Positions 27,000-40,599 of a stretch of DNA of 64,000 nt are shown one piece after another. The stretch covers positions 1-64,000 of the forward strand of contig NOWV01000287.1 of NCBI GenBank assembly GCA_003344405.1, in the 5' to 3' direction. Source of the stretch: Trichoplax sp. H2. Lineage: Eukaryota. A model generated the notes under the pieces. It was not told the origin of the DNA, did not search any database, and saw only the letters and a program-made list of their open reading frames with translations. Numbering within the stretch: position 1 is the stretch's first letter; every line of letters begins with the position of its first letter. The position numbers and the translations under genes were made by a program.

Positions 27000-29560
27000 T
27001 GATGGGCATTAAAATAAGACTTTAGGTCTTGCAACTTTATTGCAGTAACATAATCTGTTATCAAGTCCTTTCCATTTGAATGGAAGGTGTTTAAATCAGT
27101 GATATCACTAGGTTAAGAATGATATAGCAGAGGCTGAGCATTGCTATAGGCCACTGTTACGGCGTGATTTGTATGCTGGTTGAACCCAACCGTACATGTA
27201 CCAGTGACAATTGGTTTGCATTAGAGTTTTAAAGAAATAAAGTAACTTAATACTGCAGTAAAAATGAATAGAAATATCAAGAGCCAATTGTTCAAGGTTG
27301 TAACAATCTGTTTATGTAGAATCTGAGCCAAATTTGATGTAAATGCCTTGAAAATTTAAAAGATCTAATAAGCCGCCGTACTATGCTGAACAGCTTTCAA
27401 CCAGTATAGAGAGCTCACAACGCCCCAGAAATAGTGGTCTATTAATTATTAGCCCATTCGCTATGCAACGGCTAGCTTGAATTAAGAAGTTCTAAATAAT
27501 TTTTTTAATTTCCATTTTGTATTATGAAATACAGAGTACTGTGTTAGTAAGTACAAGGCTCTATGGAAGTCAATTTTATCCTTGCTAAAATAAAATGAGA
27601 TAGTGATTAACCTAATCTAGGAAATGGTAAAGGTTATAGAATGATTCATTACAGGCCAGATTAGCTGTTGATGATCGCTATTCTAAATTATACAGATGCA
27701 AATTGAGTATTTCAGTACTAAAGTCAGTTTTAGTGTCTAAATATGATCAGTTTCATTACTAAAGAATGCTTATGTCCTATCAAAGCATAAATGGTCTAGC
27801 ATTTCAGACAATAAACATTTGTAGAGAATTAACTTTGAAATTACCGAGAAATCAAATTGGTGATCTGTAAATAATTAACTTTACCTTTACTATGCATGCT
27901 CAAAGTTATACTAAATTTTAGTCGGTCCGCCATACAGCAAATGTTGAGGTCTACAGTATTTAGGAGGACATGATCTAATCTTAGTCTTTCAAAGAGATAT
28001 TACAAATCTCTTAAGCTAGAATCAACTGCGATATTTTATAGATATAGTATAGTGAATTCGGCATTAAAATTAATTCCTATTTAGTACCTGAAATTGCTAA
28101 TATAGTTGCGAGATTAGAGTGGGGTAATTATGGAGCAGATGCCATTACTTGTCTGTGTGGGGCTAGGATATGCTATTTCAACTTTTATGTTTACAGTAAC
28201 ATGTTCATGCCAGCAATAATAAATGAGTATTAATCGTAATAATGATGTTACTGTTACCATTGCGATTTCGTAGTTTATACACTAAACTACATAAACTGAT
28301 GAGTCAAGTAGGTCAGTAATTCCTATCGATATCCTATCGATACACTGACAGTTCAAGATTGACTGTAATACAGTATACAAAATTTATCTTCATCAGACCT
28401 AGTTAGATTAGAATTTTATTGTAGATACTATCGATACGACTTTACTGCTATAGATTTGTTGAGAGTATTTTCTACTGCAGCTACTCTTGTATAACAAATT
28501 CATAGTCTTTCCGTACTTATTTATTGTTTTATTATAACTACAATACGGAGTAGATTTCAATAAGTAGTTAAACTATAAACATATTGCCTAGAGTGTTGAT
28601 TCTATCAGTTTCTTCATCGGAAGCTAACAGGAATAGCATCAAAAGATTCTTTCTGTTGATTAGTTGAGGATAGTAAATCTTTCCATTAAATAGGATCTCT
28701 ATACAAATTACGACACGCAGTGATTTCTATTCGTAGAGAGCTCTTTTATTAAATATCTCCAAATCTGAAATATTGAAGAATATCAGCGACGACTATCTAC
28801 ATCAAGCATTATATATATGTATGTGTATCGTAGACATGATAGAATACATAGAATAAATAAATTTGTTGTCCATTCATCGATTATCTTAACAAATTAGGGA
28901 TACTTAATTCAATATGCCTTAGTTTCTTTTATTGACTATGCTTAAAGGATTACTTTGTTATATTCATCTCTTTTTGTTATAAAATCGATTGAGTGATGAA
29001 AACTGTAAGAATATAATGAAGGAAACAAATAATTGGTTAATGATTCGAATTTCGCCTCTGGGTATGTAGATGTTGACGAGGATGATTTTTATTGCGGAAC
29101 AAGGACTTTATGTTCATGAATTTGATTATCCACCATTAATATTTTATAGGCTTTGTTTTTATCATTGGCGACCTATTTGCTTGCCTTTCTCTACTTGTTA
29201 CATCCAGATCAAATTGAACTCACTGGCTTCCGACTACAGCGTCATGTTTTCGACATGGGTAAGAAAGTGCTTCTAGAGCATGGATATCTTCTGTATTGCA
29301 GAGGAAATGATTTTACCTGTATACAAGTTTAAATATTTTCCATAAGTAGATTGAAATCCTGATGAAAATTTACATTTCATCACTCTTTTAGTCAAGAAAG
29401 CTATAGTCAGTAAATCCAATAAAATAAGAAAGTAGTTGCTACTTGCATAAGATGCTTCATTTCTCTTGAAGGCGATATGTTCTATCCTAGTTGATTTATT
29501 ATTCACCAATTTCTTATTAGATGTCTCTAATTTATGGTTTATTTAGTCTCTGTATTAATA
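27000..29560 (+). pseudogene. Decayed LGR remnant 4: LRRs + 7TM
   Basis: LRR-like QSINGLAFQTINICRELTLKLPRNQIGDL* (27781); TM1-like NILPRVLILSV (28578); TM2-like ILKNISDDYLHQALYICMCIVD (28770); ECL2/TM5-like FYHWRPICLPF..DYSVMF (ORF 29070-29276); TM7-like LIYYSPISY*MSLIYGLFS (29491). Confidence 0.6.
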
Positions 29561-29914
29561 ATTTACAGGAGAAATCCTTTCATTTTTTAGTCATACTATA
29601 TCGTATCAGAAAACAATACAATAGTTGCTACATAAGTCGTTTGTTTAGAGTATTTAGAAATTGGTCTGTTATCTAGAAATACAGTAGAATGAAAAATGGC
29701 TATAAACTGTGATATTTAGCGATAACAATTTAATCCAACTGAGATTTTATTAATTTCATTGAGGATTTCTGTTACAGTTTACAGGTACATGTGTGAAATA
29801 AAAATTTATTTCATTATATTGCATTCTCAGCTATTAATAATAGCAGTAGGAAGTAAAGCATTATTGTATACATGTTGTTTACTCATTCTACTTTGCATGA
29901 ATAATATGATTTAG

Positions 29915-32900
29915 ATACAGAAAAACGATTTGTTGTTAATGAAGGATTTAATGATGTCTACTTGGTACTCTTTGAGAATTATCTGGAAAAATATAACAGC
30001 TTACTAAAGGAAAATTATAAAGTACATAATGCCGAAGACTTATTAAAACTGTCAGATAATGATTACCAGAAAGTTGGTTTAAAGAATGATCAAATTCGCG
30101 GACTTCGAAGGTCTTTGCTAATTAAAGGTTATGGAACAAAAAAGGAGAAGAAAAAAATAAGAGTTAGAGTAAGTTAAAAAATTGATATCAGTATAAAATG
30201 AATATCAAAGTAACAGTGCTGATATTTACGATAGCGCCAATAATGGTTCGCTAAAAGATCCTTTTAAAAGCATACAATGCTTTGCTTAATTACCTAATAA
30301 CTAAATTTATAGAGTTATTAAGTATTAAGCTACATTAAGATAGCTATCGGACTTAATCTTCTCAACTTGTACAAATTTATTAGTACTGCTAATACTATTC
30401 TAAAGTAATGCGTGAAAACCCTAAAATAATCTTGTCTTGAGTCAACGTGAGTATTAATAAATTTCGGAGAAGTATTCATTCATGTGAGGCAATTTAGTCC
30501 ATTTATTTTTATTTAGGTGATTCTAAATTTAATTTGCTAGAGAACTAGTAATAATAGCTACGAGATGGGGAAGTTAAATAAAGAAACCATAAAACTTACT
30601 TAGATAGTATTGCTTGTTCAATGTTTAGAAAAGTGAAAGTTTAGCTACGCTAGAAAAGATTCCGCAAGTAGCAAATAACAATCATGGCATGGAAAGACTG
30701 GCTAGTTTGGCTTCTATCCCCACTTTTGCTAAAACAGAGAGCCATCAGGTTAGAGTTAAATTTTAGGTTAAGTTTCCACTTAATTAAGATAACAGCTACT
30801 TAAAAGTTATAGTTACAGCACATTATCCTTAGCAGTCAAGAATTTTCAGTGTTGTTAAATAAGAAGAACAACAGCTATTTAAAAGTCGTAATACTATACA
30901 TTAACCTTTAGCAGTAGGTGTTACTTTTAGCGATCATTGTATCTTTAGAAGAGTGATAATATTTAGGAAATTAATACTCTTAAGAAATATGGCAATACTA
31001 CTTTACTCGGCTACACAAATATTTTGTCTCAAGAAATTGCAACTATATTTGGACGATATATCTGCTCACTTTATCCCACTATCAGTTAAATCGTTGGCTT
31101 ATAAAATGATTACGATCTGTATTAATTAATAGACTATCGAACGGCTGTAACGTTTTGTATATTTCTGTAGTGCTAGTCGATATTTAGTGTGCAATTTAAG
31201 AATGAATAGTAGATATGCAAAGAGAATCTACTAGTACTAGATATTATAAATGTCAAATTAAATCAATACGAGTATAACCTAAGGAAACTGGCAAAATCGT
31301 GTTCAGATTGAAACTGAAAATCTATAAATGCTATTTTAAATGTTGCGAACATTCTGTATTCACAAATTCACCGTTAACTTTATTAGAACTCCAAGAGGAA
31401 AAAATCAAATCCATTAGTTGAAGATCATGCACTATCGGATGCAATTAATAAAGTATCTTTTGCCAATGATATCAAGATAGAAAACAATTCAAGTACTGAA
31501 AGCTCCAGGGCAAATACCAATCGGATCAGTATTAAAGGGGCATCAAGGTTAAAAAATGAATCCGTTAACAGTCAGCCCTATTCATCACCTCAGAATAGCA
31601 TTAATCATTCTTCTTTGGATCAAGACGTTTATCTACCATCTACTTCAGCAAAATTGTTAAATAATCGTTATCCGCAGTCAATATTTCGCCTTCCACCATT
31701 TGACAAAGCAATTGAAACCTATCCCAGCTTAGGTGGCGGAAATTATAGATTATCATTAGATCGTTTACAAGGAATTGAATTATCGGTTCAAGCAAATCCA
31801 ATAGAAAGCTGGACAGAAATTATTATAACATGCCTGTATGCTGATCCACCCTATTTTTATTCTGCTACTGATGATTCTCAGTATTTAACTCATGCTACTA
31901 CATCAGTCATGCTACAACCTTATGATTTTACTCTTAACTACGATAAAAGTAATTTCGATCTGCCCAATCAATCATTAACAAATCCAATCCGAAAACCAAT
32001 ATTACAGTTGCCATTATTTGATTTTTGCGATATTCTGGATAACATCAATAGTTGTTTAGTGGAAGATAACGCGATTTACGATCTTAAAAATCCGCCACCC
32101 TTAATTATTTGCTCGAGTGATACGACTCTTGATCAGGAGCCGCGATGGAGAAGACATTATATTGATTACGAAATTCGCATTTTAAACGATAAGAAGGCTT
32201 ATGTGGTGTTTGCAGTTGAAAAATTTTCCCTTTTTACCGTATTTTATCCTTTTCCTAATGCAATCATTACGAAATTATCGCTGGGCCCGATGCGATGGTA
32301 TCCACCACAATTTATTTATGCTGACTGCTTAATTTTAATGACCAGTAGCCAACGAAGTTCTCCAGAATTTTCAATTATCGTAGCATTAATTACTAACTAC
32401 AATCAAAATTTGCAAATCCTTGAAAGCTATACTACCATGGTCGGAATTTATCGAAGATTATTGCTACCTACTGGTAATTATAAACTAGAAATAAAAGGTA
32501 AATTTTCGCCATCATCTAAAATGGGAGAGAAAAAAATGGTTCGAGAGATGCGCTTTCATGGGCGAAATGTTTTTATTCAATTTGCTTGTCAGTTAGATGA
32601 AAATTGTCCGTCGATTCCAGCCTACTTTGGTGTAGTCAATATTCGACATACAGTTATAACAAAGACAGGAGAATTTATGGTTCATATGCTTGAGGTTAGA
32701 TTACTTTTTCAATAATGTAGATATAGCCGTTCAAAGGTCTACTTGACTTATAAATTTATCAAATATATTACAATTCTATTGAGAAATAACCGCATATTGC
32801 GAAGTTTAAATAGCAACGTAAGATATAATAAATCGAAAATATTCGTTCACAGGAATGGATCCCTAATAGATATGATAGCTATAAAATGCTACAATACCAT

Positions 32901-34277
32901 CATATGCAACGTTATAGTGATTTATTATATTAAGCTATTTCAAATTGGCTTGGTATGGAAGCTCATTGCTGAAGAACCTTAATTGCTGGAACATGAGTAT
33001 ATTGAGCTTAGGTTAAAAACAGCACGAAAGTATATTGTGATAAATACGGTAGTGAATTATTGAAATTAAAGCATTTATAGTATTACTATCGGCAGTTTAT
33101 GACTTCAATTCAGTTCAGAATTTGCTAGAGAAACCTTACATCATAGCCAATTAATTTTAACAGTGGCCCATGTGAATCTATCTCCAAATCTTATATATAT
33201 ATTTAAAGTAGTCCTTGCGTAATATTTAAGATAATTGTGTTAATGTATCCTGCTAGTTGTTTAGCTCATAACACTGCCGATAAATGTTTTCGTAGATTAT
33301 TAAAGCTCTACCATAGTAAAATTTCGTATCAGAAATATGCTGCTATAATAAATTTCTTTACAGTAGCTAATTTTTGAAGTTTACAAACATGAGACTAGGG
33401 CTCAAAAATTTACGGAAAACTGAAACTTTATCAATGCGATATTAAAGCTAATAAACTTTATAGCTTACCCTTGAAGGGTGGCAAGGTTGCCATTTCCACT
33501 GCTAAGGAGGCTCCATATTTCAACCCCTAAAGTAACGGAGATTACGTGCTTTAGAATTATTAAAAAATAACTATTAAAATTGTAATCGTGATAAATATAA
33601 ATTTTTGCTTCGTTTATCATCTTATGTGTCATATAAATAATGCTTTTAATTTAAATAATTTTTTCATTTTTTGCGACTTAGCCGAAGGAATTTTCACCAG
33701 CATCCAAGGCGATTGGTCAACTAAAAAGTATGTATATTGGTAACGAAAAGCAACATCATTTAGAGCTTTGTAAGATAACAGTATAATTCATAGCACTTGC
33801 TGCAAAGTAGGTAACTATGTAATAAGTATAAGATAGCGTTGATCGACATTATATAAAGGCCAGTTCTCATATTAGCTAAATATCATGAGAAAGATAATTA
33901 AAGTAATATTGATTGAGAGATGATATTAGAATATTTTATATTCTCTTTATCGTATGATAACAGAAATATTCAGAGTATATTCGGATTTGTTAAATTGGTC
34001 CAATGTATGTTTCTTAGGGTCTTCACAGATGCTCACTATTACTAATATCATGGGCGATAAATTAGCTGATCGCTGGGAAGAGCTTGCATGTGAACTTGGT
34101 TTACAGAAGAAAGAACGCAATGAAATCGATAACTTGGATATTAAAAATGCCGAAAAGGGCATAGAAGTCTTAAAACGATGGAAAATGTTACTAGGAAGGG
34201 AAGCTACTATGGAAAGTTTCTTCGTAGTGCTTAAAAAACTCCATTATCATGATTTAGCTATTTTACTTGAATTTTAA
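29915..34277 (+). CDS. Putative cytoplasmic adaptor: SAM - linker - ZU5-like - UPA-like - death domain (5' end unresolved)
   Basis: Phase-compatible AG/GT exons. 29915-30168 is SAM-like (LEKYNSLLKENYKVHNAEDLLKLSDNDYQKVGLKNDQIRGLRRSL). 30629-30748 is linker. 31387-32694 is ZU5-like (GGGNYRLSL..GIELSV..EIIITC..SVMLQP..PILQLP..VFAVEKFSLF) followed by a beta-rich region. A possible extra exon lies at ~33399-33530, then 33682-33727. 34018-34277 is death-domain-like (KLADRWEELACELGL..EID..EVLKRWK..GREAT..VLKKL..DLA). Confidence 0.7.
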
Positions 34278-34599
34278 ACCAGTTAGCATTCCTATTGGCT
34301 CATCGACGCATGCATCACTATTCCCAATAATTAAAACTTATAATCTGCATGATCTACTCATCTATCCGTCTATAAAATATGAACATTTCAATCTATTCCA
34401 TTAATAGCTATTGCTTTACCAATTACTGATAAATGATTCGGCTTACGCATTTCTGATTTTATTTAATATTTTCAAATCTATATAATACTGTGAATATTCG
34501 TATAGCATTTATTCATTAGTTGAACTATCTTTGCTCTATCTGGAATATATTCATTCAAGAAGAATTTTGGAAGGACATATTTACTACATACTTATATAC

Positions 34600-37500
34600 C
34601 TCGTTTAAACTTGTGCCTTATACTTTTAAAGATAATCGGTAGTTGCCACAGAAAAATATCATATATCTATGTAAATGAAGCAAATTTTAAAAGATATCAA
34701 CTAGCATTATGCATCCATTCATATTATTTATTTATACACGAAACCGTTGAAAAACTCTCAATCTTTGTTCAAGTTTTAATTATGATGAAGTATCTCTTGA
34801 ATATCAATATTCATGGAATAAATATATTTCAAGAATAAGATAACTACTTCTCCATTTTAATTTATTTATTTAAAGCACCATAACCTAAGTCAAAATCCTC
34901 CAGAGCAAAAGGTGAAGAATAATCAATTTAACTATGAAGCACTGTAGTATGAATACAAAGTGTATATGGGCTTAAAGATCTTAGATATAATCGATGCTGC
35001 CTCTTTCAACCTAGGGAAATTGATGGTAGCTTTATTGTTCAATAGAAAGTAATCCATATTATAAATATCGATTAAGTAAGATCAAGATTTTCTAGTACCT
35101 ATAATGACATTATCTCATTAGTGTTAATTTACATTAATTTTAATTTATATAAACATACGTCGTACAGTCAGCTGGCAAATATCGCTTTCTCTATTTAGCA
35201 GATATTGTTACCCAGTAGATTCTTTCACTTAATAAGTTGAGATGAGAATGTCAGAAGGTAGTATTTTCATATGAAATTGATTGCTGAAAATTGGAAATTC
35301 TGGTTCATCGATTATGATTATAGACAACATTGCTAGCAGATTTTGCGGAGGTTCTGATTAGCATTCTACGCGTATTATCAGTAAATAATAATATTTCGGA
35401 CACATTTCATCAGGAGTAATGGCAAACATATTTAGCTGAAGAGAAGTAGAGATTAAATTCTGCACGCATATATATAACTCAGTGCTCACTATGACTCACT
35501 ATAGTAGCATGCAGATATCTCAATGGTGTACTCATACTGTACACGCAACTATAATAAAGAATTTGGCTAAATTGTTATTATTGTTCCAATTATAAATCTA
35601 CGCCCAAAGCTGTACAGAATAAGATATTTTATTCTATGTAGCTTATCATTAATTTAGGTAAGTTAATAGAAATCCGAAGATGCAAAGTTCCCTCGGCCAT
35701 ATAAAATTAGACTAACCATTCCATATTGATTTAGTTAGTAAGAAATATTCTCTTAAGCTTACTTGGAAATTTTTAAAATATAATGATCTAAGATATGAAT
35801 TTAAATTAGAATATCCTGAGTGAAAGTAATTTATTGGATTCATACTGTGTATCAGATTTATAAAATTATCTTACTATTTAATTATAATAATTTAATAAAG
35901 ATATAGCAAAACAAACGGAACTGTAGATGTCTTTCAATTACAATTAGTGTGTACTTTCGATATTTTTATTACAGCATTTCTATTATCGACACCAAAAATC
36001 GAACATCAGTAGCTTCGTCGAAAAATTTTATAATTTCGTAAATACAGCACTTAGATATGCATAATGCCACAATCATGCATAATTTGGTCATCTTACACGA
36101 AATATGTTGCTTGTTAAATATAATATATTTTACTTTATAAAACTCTCTAATACTTCCTAACATATTGCAGAATAGCCCATTACAAAATTGACTGGTAAGT
36201 TCATTGTCGGTTTACAGCAATAAAATCTAGCTTTTTAAATTAATATTCTTCGTTTGATCCTTGTTTACAAGGAGTCTGGCCATCTATTCAATCCTAAAAA
36301 ACCTAGACTTACTGTGTGTTTACAAATATCATCGGTATTATAATTTTAAAGCAATTTATTTTACAATGATTATAAACTAACAATTGAATAATCTACAATA
36401 ATGGAGTCTGTCTGGTAGAATTGAAATAATTATAACAGTTTTTTGAATATTTTTTTACTTCGTAGCAGACAGGCGATACCTTTGAATGGAATAATAGTAT
36501 TATAATTTAATTTGAATATCAGATATTATTTAAATCATATTGCTACTTATCTACGATGATAATTTTAAGAGCCTCTTTCCGGTGACTGCAAAATTGTAAT
36601 TGATGCCGCATTACAGCTTCTATATGATCGTTAAATCCTAACAAGATGCGGTTGAGAATCTTTATGACCACTATCAATTCGCATCATTACTTACGTTATG
36701 TACAGTATGAGCTAAATTTTGTTAATCATCCATACTAAATCGGATTGTAAAGTTTTGAATTCAATGAGCAACAGCAACCAATTAAAACTATTAAAAACGG
36801 TTGCACCTGTGTTGATTTCATGAAATTGGCCAATCTTCGAATGCATTTAATAAACATGATGTCGAATAATCCAACTTTGCCATCATAATGATCTTATCCG
36901 ATAAACTTTAATTGATATTTTACCTGCAGCAGTTATACAAATTTGAATCATGGATTCTTAGTAGACTTAAGGGATAGTTCAATAGTTACCTGAATAAAAT
37001 CAATGAAGTAAAATAACGGGTTATATTTATCTTATCTAAAAGAATATAGTTGATAGCTTCTTCGATTTGTTTTTTCATTGAAACTAAATCTGGAATTAAA
37101 ATTATTATAATTTACTTGTATGGACAATACGAAACGAATTTTCATTCAAGAAATTCCTAATTGGCACACTGTTGATATTTAAAATCACGGCTCATTCTTT
37201 ACGATAACAAAGCCAAGTAATATTATTTTTATTATTAATATATGTAAAAGAATTGAAATATTCTCCTCCGTATGAAAACACATTAACGATGGCTTATTTA
37301 CTTTTACGATTGTTTGATAGCCTGAATGACTATCATAGGAAGTAACTTATGAGTAGCTGTCGAAATTTCATCTCATGTTATATTTCGTTGATTCATTACA
37401 AAGATATTTTCTATTAATAGCATCCAATTTTTGATCTTTTTCTTAACTATGAAGATATTATATTCTAAAAGTAAAAATTAAGTTTCCTAGCACATCCTAA

Positions 37501-38700
37501 ACAATAAAACAAAACTCGGCTATGAGTCTTTGCTACTTGACTGTTTATTGACAAATCTAACAACCAATTTTAAAATCTTTTCCATATCCACAGAGATGGC
37601 TAAATGTAAAGTAATATTTTCATTGTTTAGCAGAGAGAAAAAACTTATCAATGTAGCCAATGATTATTCTCTAGAACATTTCGGCTGTTTTGGAATTGCT
37701 TGTGCAATAAAATATTGAATCATTCTGATATCTCATAGATTGCTGTTTTAACGATACACAAATGAATATGCAATAAAACTAATAACTACATGTAACCGAT
37801 AATAGCTAGTGTTATATCAAAAAAATAGCGTATTATATTACAATTATCTCTGGTCGCAAAGAAATTTTTATATTTCAATGATAAGATCTGGTTTTCAACT
37901 GAAAAATAGGCTAAAAAGTTCTTTAGGATAGTAATATTTGTAAATGTTGTATGATATACAACATTAACAAAAACTTAAGATAATTCAGGATTAGTCGAAA
38001 TAGAATGCTTCGGTTTCCTTGACAGTTGATGCGTACGTATAAAGGTCTTGCCTAGTCGATATACTGCAGATTATGAAAGACATTTTATTTTATGAACCTG
38101 TTTATTATAAAGTTAGTCAACTATTTTTGCATAGTTACAGCTCTTTAACTATCAAGAAATTAAATAGAAAAGTTTTTATTGCATATTCAATACGCGGTAA
38201 TGAAGACTATCAATTTACACCATTATATCGAGTGTTCCATTGATAGCTATCATTTCGTTTACTGAGCGCTTTCAATTAACGAAAAGTTTACACAACTAGA
38301 AAATTCAATTCCCCCCCCCCCAATTACTTCTAATAAAACTAACTATTGTAACTTTAAGGTGAATTAAACAGTTACATTATTAATAAAGATAAATCTGTTT
38401 TTGCCTTCAATTTATGATTTAGTCTTAATAGCAATACCAGTATGCAATTCTTGATTTGATATCCAAGAGTGTTTAATTATTAAAAAATCATAATTCAATC
38501 ATTTATGCAATCAATATTATTATTCTGAAATAGAAAGTGTATCCGTAATTGTATAATGCAAAGTATAAATACTATGGCGAAGTAATATATATTCTCTACA
38601 ATTCAGGGCTAAATCACAACCGTAGCGAAATGTATTTGCCCAATCATTAGGATCAAAAGAATCATGTATATGTGTGGTATCCTATAGAGCATAGGTTGGA
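34600..38700 (-). pseudogene. Decayed LRR (LGR-like ectodomain) remnant 5; no 7TM found
   Basis: Short AG/GT-bounded LRR-like exons: ENQILSLKYKNFFAT (~37850-37896), NFLNENSFRIVHT (~37115-37166), NLLGNNIC*IEKAIFAS (35171-35221), EDFDLGYGALNK (34865-34900). Confidence 0.45.
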
Positions 38701-40599
38701 CTGTTTACTGTCACCTTTGACAATAGTTATTGTGCTTACTTGTCCAATAAAATATTTAAAAAGAACGAAAGTGAAACCGGTTTATTGTATTCACTGATAT
38801 AGATTTACATCAGTTTCTCTGCTATGACTGATGAGGAACTACATTACTTCTGTTATTGCAATCATAATTTTCAATTCCTTTAGTAGTAGCAGCGAACTAA
38901 TAAATAAGAAATAATTCTTAGTAATTGATTCAGCAAATATTATTTTGTATCCCGGATAAATTCGAATTTTTGTACGTAGCCCTATCTTTTAATCTTTTAC
39001 TTTAATATTCGCGGGTGAAATATACATATTAAAAGCATCGTAGGTTGTGATACTGACATTGGTCAGAAGGTTTTTTCTGGGTAAAGGATACCTCTATCGA
39101 GAATGCCAACGTTACTTTTATCATGAGTCCAGGATAGTTATGCGAGATCGTTTAATGGTTCAACGTGAGAATTATGTATTATTCAATAAAGAATAGGCAT
39201 TCTAGAATTACTATTGGGATTTTTGTACATGAGAGAACTATTCAAAGTATAGCAAATGCATAGACTTTGAAGCGCCAAGGAACTAAAGGAGTGTCTACAA
39301 CAATAGAATCGATATTATAACGTTTTATAATTGTTGCAATAGTAGATTCAGTCTACTGTCACTATTCAAATATAAATAACTACATATATACGTATATGCA
39401 TGTGTATAGATATATCATAGAGTATAACTTTAGCTTTAAAGAATATTATATAATCATATTGTAAACATGATATAGCCTTACAGGCCGGCAAATTATTACT
39501 ATTAATGGAATTGCTACAGTAAATCAGAAATGGGTTATACAAGTACCATATAACTAAATGTAAAAACATTTTACTGTACGTGTATATCATAAGAATATCA
39601 TTACTGTTGCCCAATATTATTTTGCAAACTTTTTACAGGTTTAAATAATGAAATAGATTATAATGAACTAACTTACCATTGTGATATTAGATCCATGGTA
39701 TTACAACAAAAGCGTAACTAAGATAAATGCTATAGCGCAATCATATTTCAATACGTGAGGGTACCCTAATTTGCGTGACCACTCATACGGAAAGGAATAC
39801 AATTAAGCTAATTGAGACAAAATTGATATCTGTGCCTGAATTGCTCATTAATAACATCGGAAGATATAGACAATCTATAAGCTTACTAGGTACGTGAATT
39901 CAATCACTTACAGTAAATAGAGTAAGACAATAGTATGTGACTACTTTATAGGTGCCATGGTAACTCGGCATAAATATTACCAAGACAAAATTTTGTTTAA
40001 TAGTTTACGGATAGACATTTTTCCAAAATAATAATTGAAATAATAAGTGATTGCATTGTGAAAAATTTCAGCTAAGAAGCATTCATACAAAGTTTATACA
40101 TGTATACAAATACATAACATGATACGATACTCTGATTATCAAAGCTATCAAAATTATATTATCTTCATATTATGTTACAAATTATGCGGATTTCAATGAA
40201 ATTAATTACATTTTAGACCTCATCGCTATGCGATAAAAATATAATAAAAAGAAAGAAATTATGACTTCTTTGTAGAAATGATTTTATATTCTGTTTATAA
40301 CCAGAACAATTCATTGCATTAATGTTCATTGCCTATGATATGTTGAAAGACAGCTATCAATAGCTTTTTGCGCTCTCGGATGTAATTAGGATTACGACAT
40401 GATCATTTATGAAGATTTCTTGGTTTATTGTATGTATAAAAAGCTTTCTGTGTAAGGGAGTTACTGTGAATTAGATGAATTACAGTGGAGAAGTATCGTC
40501 ATAAGCACGTAAATCAATTTTCTAGTTAGATGTTTAATTCGATTATTAGTCTTTGCAGTTCTTTCTGCTTGATTATATGCAAGATATCAAAGATATCAA

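Noticed and set aside
29273..29509. 78-aa minus-strand ORF resembling a TM6 segment
   Set aside because: The plus strand gives an ordered TM1-TM7 series across the same region, so this is probably a shadow.
38311..38321. C11 homopolymer
   Set aside because: Isolated simple repeat with no supporting structure.
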